Part shown: positions 8,262-15,537 of the stretch, one piece after another | How positions within the stretch are numbered: the stretch's first letter is position 1 | How the letters are laid out: every line of letters begins with the position of its first letter | Assembly (NCBI GenBank): GCA_002483605.1 | Contig: DLIG01000021.1 | Location: 322,432 to 386,431 of the forward strand | DNA length: 64,000 nt | Direction: 5' to 3' | Origin: Sulfurovum sp. UBA7648 | GTDB taxonomy: Bacteria > Campylobacterota > Campylobacteria > Campylobacterales > Sulfurovaceae | Notes under the pieces: model-generated | Database searches by the model: none | What the model saw: the letters and a program-made list of their open reading frames with translations, nothing else | What the model was told of the DNA's origin: nothing | Program-made: the position numbers and the translations under genes

Positions 8262-10819
8262 AATATATAGACGAACTCGCAAAACAAGCTTTGGAAGATA
8301 AATATTTACATGAACTTTTTTTTAAAATAGAGCAGATTCAAGCAGAAACTTTTTTTCAGATAGAGACTCAAAAATTAGATGAAAAAGAATTGTATGACTT
8401 ATTAAGATTTGCAGACATATTATCTCGTTCTGAAATAGATGAAGCTAAAAATAAAGCATACAAAATTATAAGTTTACTGTTTGAAAAATATAGTGATAAT
8501 GCACTACTTCAAACTTTTGCAAACTCCATCATGATAAAACTTGGAAATTTTCCAGCCTTAGGTTTTATTGAAAAATTCTCAAACGCTCAGTCTAAATTAC
8601 CTTATGAAGTATTATATGAAAAGTCATTAAAAGAAGTTTTTCAAAAAATATCCCATAGTGAATTTATTTTTACAGATAGTCAATATCGTATTTTTGAAGC
8701 TTTAAAAAATAGTAATCATTTTAGTTTTTCTGGACCTACTTCTTTGGGCAAATCATTTATCATCAATGCTTTTATTAGGCATTTAATAACAGAACATAGA
8801 GGCACGGATAATCTTGTAATACTTGTTCCGTCTAGGGCATTGATAAATCAAACGGTAAACAGACTAAAGCGAGAGTTTAAAGATGTAAAAAATTACACAA
8901 TTTTAGCTCATCCAAGTGTCCCTACAATGTTCAGAAATGAAAACAGTCAATACATTTTTGTATTTACACCTGAACGACTAATAGCATATCTCTCTAAAAT
9001 AGAGAATCCAAAAATTGATTATTTATTTGTTGATGAAGCACATAAAATTATTGCAATAAAAGATACAAGAAGTCCTTTATATTATCATGCAATTTTGCAA
9101 GCGGAAAGAAAAAGTATTAAGCTGTTTTTTGCTTCTCCAAATGTTGAAAATCCTGAAATATTTTTACAGTTGTTTGAAAAAAGTCAAGACGAAAATATTG
9201 TCATTAAATCTTCACCTGTTGCTCAGAATAGATATTTTTTAGATTTGGTTGAAAATAAGTGCTTGATGTTTTCAGATTTAGACAAAGATTATAAGTTAGA
9301 TATAAATTTTACCAATAATAATTTCTTCTACTGGTTAAAAAAATTAGGGGATAAAGATAAAAATATAATTTACTGCAACTCAAAAGTAGATACCATTTTC
9401 TATGCTTTAGAATTTTCCACAAATCAACCAATAAAACAATCAAAGCATTTAGAAAGTGTCAAGGAGCTAATAAAAGAATATTTACACGATAAGTATTATT
9501 TAATTGATTGTTTAGATAGAGGTATAGCATTTCATTTTGGTAATCTTCCCCAGTTGATTCGAGAGAAAATAGAATGGCTTTTTGAAGAAAAAGAAATAGA
9601 CTATTTATTTTGCACATCAACTTTACTTGAAGGTGTAAATCTCCCTGCAAAAAATATTTTTATACTTGCTAATCAAATTGGATTATCAAAATTTACGGAT
9701 GTTGATTTTTGGAATCTTGCAGGTAGGGCTGGAAGAATGACAAAAGAGATGTCTGGTAATATAATTTGCATGAGAGCACAAGAAAATAAATGGAAGAATC
9801 AAAAAGAAGATTTAGAAGCTGTTAGAAATAAAAGTGTAAAGCCATTTGAACCGCTAATGATAAAGGGACAAAATAACTTTTTTAAAAACATTGAAGCATC
9901 TTTAACAAATAAAGATTTTTCAAACAAATCATCATCACAACCTGAAAAAGATATATGGAATTACTATGCTAATTTGATTCTAATACATGAGATAAAACAA
10001 GATGATTCTGTTTTAAGAACAAATTTTATTACAAAAAATAAAAATGCTTTAAAAATTTTACAAGAACAAAAAAAGAAAATTTCAGTACCTGAAAAAATCT
10101 TATCTGCATCATCTATGATAAAACCTAAATATCAAAATGATATATATCAAAGTTCAGATATACAAATATTGCCTTCTGATTTTAATTATGATGCAATTGT
10201 TATCGTATTGAAAAATTTAGCAAAATACTACAATTGGGAAAATGAAGAAAATGGTGGTAAAAATCCACTTTACAAGCCTTCTGAAAAAATAAAATATTAT
10301 GCTGTTTTGATGGATAGTTGGATGAAATCAAAGCCTTTAAAAATGATTATCGCCAATACAATTAATTACTATAAAGATAAAGAAAAAATTTGGGAAAATG
10401 GAAACTATGTTTCGTTTGATTACAAAAACAAACATGACATTAATAAAATTATTAATTTAGTTATCTCTGATATAGATAATATTTTGAGATTTAAGCTGAA
10501 AAACTATTTTGAAAATTATTATACATTATTAAAAGAAAAATTTGGTGTGCAAAATGCCGGTGCGAATTGGGCTGATTATTTGGAATATGGTACAACTGAT
10601 AATAAAGTAATTGAATTACAGAATATTGGTATTGCAAGGCATTTGGCTCAACATATTTTAGATAATCATGAAGATTGTTTGTTGTTTGAAAATAACTTAT
10701 TACAATCAGTGGATAAAAATAAATTGTATCAAGATTTTGATGTTGAATCTAATTTATATAGTGAATTTTGTGAGCTGTTTGGATTTGATTTAAGTAATAA
10801 AATAGGTGATAAAAAATGA
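8258..10819 (+). CDS. hamB: SF2 DEAD/DEAH-box helicase, HamB-like (putative Hachiman sensor/helicase)
   Basis: 853 aa. Motifs seen are GPTSLGKS (I), TPER (Ib), FVDEAHKI (II), FASPN (III), LLEGVNLP (V) and NLAGRAGR (VI). It sits immediately downstream of, and is translationally coupled to, the DUF1837-like ORF. Confidence 0.75.
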   Translation: MKYIDELAKQALEDKYLHELFFKIEQIQAETFFQIETQKLDEKELYDLLRFADILSRSEIDEAKNKAYKIISLLFEKYSDNALLQTFANSIMIKLGNFPALGFIEKFSNAQSKLPYEVLYEKSLKEVFQKISHSEFIFTDSQYRIFEALKNSNHFSFSGPTSLGKSFIINAFIRHLITEHRGTDNLVILVPSRALINQTVNRLKREFKDVKNYTILAHPSVPTMFRNENSQYIFVFTPERLIAYLSKIENPKIDYLFVDEAHKIIAIKDTRSPLYYHAILQAERKSIKLFFASPNVENPEIFLQLFEKSQDENIVIKSSPVAQNRYFLDLVENKCLMFSDLDKDYKLDINFTNNNFFYWLKKLGDKDKNIIYCNSKVDTIFYALEFSTNQPIKQSKHLESVKELIKEYLHDKYYLIDCLDRGIAFHFGNLPQLIREKIEWLFEEKEIDYLFCTSTLLEGVNLPAKNIFILANQIGLSKFTDVDFWNLAGRAGRMTKEMSGNIICMRAQENKWKNQKEDLEAVRNKSVKPFEPLMIKGQNNFFKNIEASLTNKDFSNKSSSQPEKDIWNYYANLILIHEIKQDDSVLRTNFITKNKNALKILQEQKKKISVPEKILSASSMIKPKYQNDIYQSSDIQILPSDFNYDAIVIVLKNLAKYYNWENEENGGKNPLYKPSEKIKYYAVLMDSWMKSKPLKMIIANTINYYKDKEKIWENGNYVSFDYKNKHDINKIINLVISDIDNILRFKLKNYFENYYTLLKEKFGVQNAGANWADYLEYGTTDNKVIELQNIGIARHLAQHILDNHEDCLLFENNLLQSVDKNKLYQDFDVESNLYSEFCELFGFDLSNKIGDKK

Positions 10820-10905
10820 CCAAACATCCAACACCATCAATCATCAGCGGACAAAAGCCATTTGTTGGAAAAAATGCAACAGTTTTAAAAGGTAACATAA
10901 AATGA
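10816..10905 (+). CDS. 29-codon bridging small ORF (MTKHPTPSIISGQKPFVGKNATVLKGNIK), hypothetical
   Basis: Its ATG overlaps the hamB TGA (ATGA at 10816-10819) and its TGA overlaps the hsdR ATG (ATGA at 10902-10905). It is below the ORF-track size cutoff. Whether it codes for a peptide or only mediates coupling is unknown. Confidence 0.3.
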   Translation: MTKHPTPSIISGQKPFVGKNATVLKGNIK

Positions 10906-13900
10906 CCAAAATAACCGAAAACGAAATAGAACTTTTCGCCATAGAACTTTTGGAAAAACTGGGATACAGTTATATATACGCTCCTGAGATGGAGAGAAAC
11001 TTCGATGAAGTAATTCTCAAAGACAGACTGCTAGACTCCATGCTCAAGATCAATCATGCTCTGCCTCATAATGTCATCGAAGATGCCATCAAACAGGTTG
11101 AACGCACAAGATCTAGTGAACTATTAACCGATAATGAAACATTTCATAAACTGCTGATCGAAGGCGTGAAAGTCGATATCCAAAAAGACGGCACCACGAG
11201 AGGCGAGTTGGTAAAACTGATAGATTTTGATGATATTGGCAATAACGACTTTGTAGCGGCAAATCAGTTTACTATCATCGAAAATGGGCAAAATAAAAGA
11301 CCGGATATCATCCTATTCATCAATGGTTTGCCTTTAGTGGTTATCGAGCTTAAAAACGCCGTTGATGAAAACGCCACGATCCGATCTGCCCATAACCAAA
11401 TAGGCACTTATAAATCCCTCATTCCTTCGCTTTTTACCTATAATGCATTTTGTGTCATCAGTGACGGGCACGAGGCAAAAGCAGGGACTATAAGTGCTGG
11501 ACTCAGCCGTTATATGGCATGGAAAAGCAGTGACGGGATAAACGAAGATTCCAAGCTCATCCCTCAGCTTGAAACACTTATAAATGGGATGCTAAATCCT
11601 CTGGTATTACTAGACTTGGTACGAAGTTTTATCGTTTTTGAGAAATCTAAAAAAGAGGATAAAAACGGCATCGTAACTATCGAGACAGTCAAAAAGCTTG
11701 CCGCGTATCATCAGTACTACGCAGTAAATAAAGCAGTGCAAAGAACAATAATGGCAAGCAGTGAAGGCGGAGATAAAAAAGGCGGCGTAGTGTGGCATAC
11801 TCAAGGAAGCGGAAAGTCGCTTTCTATGGTATTTTATACCGGCAAGATCGTATTGGCTCTCAATAATCCTACGGTAATTGTGATAACCGATAGAAATGAT
11901 CTGGATGATCAACTCTTTGATACATTTGCGGCTTCAACCGGACTGCTTCGTCAAGAACCGGTGCAGGTAGAAAATAGAGAAGATCTAAAACAAAAATTAA
12001 AAGTGGCAAGCGGTGGTGTGATATTTACCACTATTCAAAAGTTTTCTCCACAAGAGGGAAATGTCTATGATATGCTTTCCGATAGGCGTAATATCGTAGT
12101 CATCGCCGATGAAGCGCACCGCACGCAATACGGCTTTAAAGCAAAGGTAGATAAAGATACCGGAGAGATAAAATACGGTTTTGCAAAATATCTGCGAGAT
12201 GCGCTGCCTAATGCCACATATCTTGGATTTACTGGAACTCCGATAGAGAGTACGGACGTAAATACTCCTGCCGTGTTTGGAAACTATGTAGATATCTATG
12301 ATATATCTCAAGCAGTAGAAGACGGCGCGACGGTAAAGATATACTATGAGAGCCGACTTGCTAAAATCAACCTAAGCAATGAAGGCAAAGAGCTGGTACG
12401 CGAGCTTGACGATGAGCTCTCGGGTGAAAATCTGGATGATATGCAAAAAGCAAAAGCCAAATGGACAAAACTCGAAGCTTTGATAGGCAGTAAGAATCGA
12501 ATAAAAGAGATAGCAAGAGATATCGTGACTCATTTTGAGGCCAGAGAAGAAGTCTTTGACGGTAAAGGGATGATAGTCGCTATGAGCAGAAGAATCGCTG
12601 TGGAGCTTTATAATGAGATCATTGCTTTGCGGCCTGCTTGGCATAACGACGATCTTGCCAAAGGCGTTATCAAAGTCGTCATGACAGCAAGCAGTTCTGA
12701 TGGAGCCGTAATGGCAAAACACCATACCACAAAAGAGCAAAGACGCGCTTTGGCAAACAGGATGAAAGATGACAATGATGAACTGCGCCTTGTCATCGTT
12801 CGCGATATGTGGCTGACCGGGTTTGATGCTCCTTCGATGCACACGCTTTATATCGATAAGCCAATGAAGGGTCATAATCTCATGCAGGCAATCGCCAGGG
12901 TAAATAGAGTTTATAAAGATAAACCGGGCGGTCTGGTGGTGGATTATCTTGGCATTGCCAGCGATCTTAAAAAGGCTCTCTCGTTTTACAGTGATAGCGG
13001 AGGCAAAGGTGATCCTGCGCTTGCGCAAGAGAAGGCAGTAGCACTTATGCTTGAAAAGCTTGAAGTGGTATCGCAGATGTATCATGGGTTTGCTTATGAG
13101 CGATATTTCGGGCTTGATACCAGAGGGAAACTCTCTCTTATATTGGAGGCTGAAGAGCATATATTATCGCTTGAAGACGGCAAAAAAAGGTATATTGAAG
13201 AAGTTACGGCGCTCTCAAGTGCTTTTGCCATAGCAATACCTGATGACAAGGCCATGGATGCAAAAGATGAAATAGCTTTTTTTCAAGCAGTGAAAGCAAG
13301 GCTGACAAAATTTGAAAGCTCAAATGCTATAAGCGACGAAGAGATAGAAACAACCATAAGACAGGTTATCGATAAAGCGCTGGTAACTGATCAGGTGATA
13401 GATATATTTGATGCGAGCGGTATCAAAAAGCCTGATATTTCTATACTATCTGAAGAGTTTTTGATGGAAGTCAAAAATATGAAGCATAAAAATATAGCTT
13501 TGGAAGTTTTAAAAAAACTTCTTAATGACGAGATAAAAACAAGATCAAAAACAAATTTTATTCAAAGCCAGAGCCTCATGGAAATGCTTGAAAATTCCAT
13601 AAGAAAATATCACAATAAAATCATCACCGCAGTTGAAGTGATAGATGAGCTTATAAGTCTAAGCCGTGATATTAAAATAATGGATAAAGAGCCATCTGAG
13701 CTTGGACTTACTGAATTTGAATATGCATTTTACACGGCAGTGGCAAACAATGAAAGCGCACAAGAGCTGATGGGTAAAGAAAAACTCAGGGAACTAGCTG
13801 TGGTACTTTTTGAAAAGGTAAAAGAAAATGCAAGTATAGACTGGACTATCAAAGAGAGTGTCAGATCCAAACTCAAAATCGCAGTAAAAAGAACACTCAG

Positions 13901-13991
13901 ACAATTTGGCTATCCGCCGGATATGCAAGCCCTTGCGACCGATACTGTTTTGAAGCAAGCTGAGATGATAGCAAGTGAGTTGACACAATAA
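10902..13991 (+). CDS. hsdR: Type I restriction endonuclease subunit R
   Basis: 1029 aa. N-terminal nuclease motif RPDIILFINGLPLVVIELK, helicase motifs WHTQGSGKSLSM (I) and IADEAHRTQ (II, DEAH), plus TGFDAP and QAIARVNR. Confidence 0.95.
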   Translation: MTKITENEIELFAIELLEKLGYSYIYAPEMERNFDEVILKDRLLDSMLKINHALPHNVIEDAIKQVERTRSSELLTDNETFHKLLIEGVKVDIQKDGTTRGELVKLIDFDDIGNNDFVAANQFTIIENGQNKRPDIILFINGLPLVVIELKNAVDENATIRSAHNQIGTYKSLIPSLFTYNAFCVISDGHEAKAGTISAGLSRYMAWKSSDGINEDSKLIPQLETLINGMLNPLVLLDLVRSFIVFEKSKKEDKNGIVTIETVKKLAAYHQYYAVNKAVQRTIMASSEGGDKKGGVVWHTQGSGKSLSMVFYTGKIVLALNNPTVIVITDRNDLDDQLFDTFAASTGLLRQEPVQVENREDLKQKLKVASGGVIFTTIQKFSPQEGNVYDMLSDRRNIVVIADEAHRTQYGFKAKVDKDTGEIKYGFAKYLRDALPNATYLGFTGTPIESTDVNTPAVFGNYVDIYDISQAVEDGATVKIYYESRLAKINLSNEGKELVRELDDELSGENLDDMQKAKAKWTKLEALIGSKNRIKEIARDIVTHFEAREEVFDGKGMIVAMSRRIAVELYNEIIALRPAWHNDDLAKGVIKVVMTASSSDGAVMAKHHTTKEQRRALANRMKDDNDELRLVIVRDMWLTGFDAPSMHTLYIDKPMKGHNLMQAIARVNRVYKDKPGGLVVDYLGIASDLKKALSFYSDSGGKGDPALAQEKAVALMLEKLEVVSQMYHGFAYERYFGLDTRGKLSLILEAEEHILSLEDGKKRYIEEVTALSSAFAIAIPDDKAMDAKDEIAFFQAVKARLTKFESSNAISDEEIETTIRQVIDKALVTDQVIDIFDASGIKKPDISILSEEFLMEVKNMKHKNIALEVLKKLLNDEIKTRSKTNFIQSQSLMEMLENSIRKYHNKIITAVEVIDELISLSRDIKIMDKEPSELGLTEFEYAFYTAVANNESAQELMGKEKLRELAVVLFEKVKENASIDWTIKESVRSKLKIAVKRTLRQFGYPPDMQALATDTVLKQAEMIASELTQ

Positions 13992-14003
13992 AGAAAAGAA
14001 ACG

Positions 14004-14039
14004 GTGTCAGGTGAAAATGACAACTCTTAGACTCCGTAT
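14004..14039. repeat. Left copy of the direct repeat bracketing the TA cassette (GTGTCAG-N16-TTAGACTCCGTAT)
   Basis: Shares GTGTCAG and TTAGACTCCG(T/C)AT blocks, at nearly identical spacing, with 14600-14637. Confidence 0.5.
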
Positions 14040-14073
14040 CAGTTTGGAATGGCATGATTTTTATTTCAGCAAT

Positions 14074-14325
14074 TCAATACACCTCTTTACGATGTGCGAT
14101 CTTGGATATAAGCATCAGGTTGTTTTCCTGATAAAATATCACTCTGTAATCTCCTATACGCAATCTATAAGCGCCATCAAATGGAGTTTTTAGTTTTTTT
14201 ATCTTGGTAAGTACGGGAGTGTCTGCAAACTCTTCTATGCCGTCGAGTATATCTTTGGCTATAGAAGGGTTAAGTTTTTGCAGCTGTTTTAGTGCCTTTG
14301 GGTCATACTCTATATCATAAGCCAA
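14074..14325 (-). CDS. RelE/ParE family type II toxin
   Basis: 83 aa. The C-terminal half YRLRIGDYRVIFYQENNLMLISKIAHRKEVY is a typical RelE/ParE fold signature. It overlaps the upstream antitoxin gene by 11 nt. Confidence 0.85.
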   Translation of the reverse strand: MAYDIEYDPKALKQLQKLNPSIAKDILDGIEEFADTPVLTKIKKLKTPFDGAYRLRIGDYRVIFYQENNLMLISKIAHRKEVY

Positions 14326-14530
14326 GAGATTTTCTCACATCATCATGTTTCACCGTTTTCAATGTACCCATTTTGTATTCTTGTACAGTTTTGGTGACGG
14401 CATTGTTATCGAAATAATCCTGCAAGGCTTCTCTGATGATCTGAGTCTTTTTTTTGCCATTTTCATTTGCTATAGAATTGAGTTCATCTATGAGGCTCTC
14501 TTCTAGAGTGATAGTCATTTTTTTGGTCAT
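14315..14530 (-). CDS. Ribbon-helix-helix (CopG-like) antitoxin
   Basis: 71 aa. The N-terminus MTITLEESLIDELNSIANENGKKKTQIIREALQDYF has the RHH pattern. It lies upstream of, and overlaps, the toxin gene. Confidence 0.8.
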   Translation of the reverse strand: MTKKMTITLEESLIDELNSIANENGKKKTQIIREALQDYFDNNAVTKTVQEYKMGTLKTVKHDDVRKSLGL

Positions 14531-14547
14531 GAATTACCTTTGATTTA

Positions 14548-14576
14548 TTTACCATACTTTACCATACTTTTATATA
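14548..14576 (-). promoter_or_regulatory. Candidate TA operator/promoter: tandem ACCATACTTT x2 next to TATATA
   Basis: Exact 10-nt tandem repeat at 14551-14570, about 20-40 nt upstream of the antitoxin ATG on the minus strand, followed by TATATA at 14571-14576. RHH antitoxins typically bind repeated operators. Confidence 0.45.
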
Positions 14577-14599
14577 CAAAGTCAAGACCAAAACTTAAA

Positions 14600-14637
14600 G
14601 TGTCAGCCGTTGAATCTCCACTTTTTAGACTCCGCAT
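14600..14637. repeat. Right copy of the direct repeat bracketing the TA cassette (GTGTCAG-N18-TTAGACTCCGCAT)
   Basis: See 14004-14039. The two copies lie 596 bp apart and enclose only the relE/RHH pair. Confidence 0.5.
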
Positions 14638-14665
14638 TAAGTACAGAGTGACAAAACGAGTGGAT

Positions 14666-14690
14666 TACTGTCTTCACGGAAATGACAGTA
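14666..14690. repeat. Hairpin TACTGTC-N11-GACAGTA, possibly a degenerate REP-like unit
   Basis: 7-bp perfect inverted repeat. The reverse complement reads GTCATTTCCGTGAAGAC, which resembles the GTCAT..GAA..TTC repeat family seen elsewhere in the window. Confidence 0.3.
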
Positions 14691-14829
14691 GGAGCGCCGA
14701 CGTGGTTTACTTTTTGTAATACTCTTAGCGCTTGAAATCACAAAAGCTTTAAGGCATTGAATTTTGACAAATATTATAAGTGCAAACATATTGTAAAATC
14801 TAAATTTGGTCAGACAAATTTATTGAATT

Positions 14830-14859
14830 TTGGCAAAACATTACGAGCAATGCTATAAT
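14830..14859 (+). promoter_or_regulatory. Sigma70-type promoter candidate for blc
   Basis: TTGGCA (14830-14835), an 18-nt spacer, then the extended -10 TGcTATAAT (14851-14859). An AAGGA RBS precedes the ATG at 14889. Confidence 0.45.
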
Positions 14860-14888
14860 GATAGATATATTATCCCAAGGAAAACATA

Positions 14889-15395
14889 ATGAAACATCTA
14901 TGGCTGCTACTCATTACCCTTCTTACAGGATGTGTCGAAAGACCAACACATGTGACACCGGCGGAACACTTTCAGCTTGAGCGTTATCTTGGCACTTGGT
15001 ATGAGATCGCACGTCTTGATCACTCCTTTGAGCGCGGGCTGGAAAAGATCACCGCAACCTATTCCATGCGCGAAGATGGCGGGGTCAAGGTGATCAACCG
15101 TGGATTTGATACAAAGAGCAGAAAGTGGAAAGAAGCAGAAGGCAAAGCCTACTTTGTAGAGAATCCCGATACCGGATTTTTAAAGGTCTCCTTTTTTGGG
15201 CCATTTTACGGTGCATATGTCGTCATCGATACCGACTATGAGACCTACACAATGATCAGCGGGCCTGACCGCTCTTACTTTTGGATACTCTCACGTACCC
15301 CGCAGCTCGATCCGCAGATCCAATCCCGTCTGATCCAAAAAGCCAAAGAAGCAGGCTTCGAGACTGAAAAGCTGATCTTTGTCAACCACCAATAA
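14889..15395 (+). CDS. blc: Bacterial lipocalin (outer membrane lipoprotein Blc)
   Basis: Lipobox LLTGC, and the lipocalin signature GTWYEIARLDHSFERG. 168 aa. Confidence 0.88.
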   Translation: MKHLWLLLITLLTGCVERPTHVTPAEHFQLERYLGTWYEIARLDHSFERGLEKITATYSMREDGGVKVINRGFDTKSRKWKEAEGKAYFVENPDTGFLKVSFFGPFYGAYVVIDTDYETYTMISGPDRSYFWILSRTPQLDPQIQSRLIQKAKEAGFETEKLIFVNHQ

Positions 15396-15537
15396 AGCCT
15401 AACCCAAAAAGGTATTTTCTTTGCCACCTCGATTGAGGGGGTAGGTGAAAAAACAATTCTACTAAAACGCTATTGATATTTTTTCAAGTAGATTAATTTT
15501 TGTGTATAATGATGTATTCGAAAAATAAGGTTTATAT

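Noticed and set aside
12372-13160. 262-aa ORF on the minus strand inside hsdR
   Set aside because: It lies wholly antisense to a region of hsdR with clear helicase-domain motifs. Its translation is low-complexity with no recognisable motif and no RBS context. It is a typical shadow ORF.
14011-14193. 60-aa plus-strand ORF downstream of hsdR
   Set aside because: It mostly overlaps the relE-like toxin gene on the opposite strand. It has no RBS or motif, while the toxin frame has a clear family signature.
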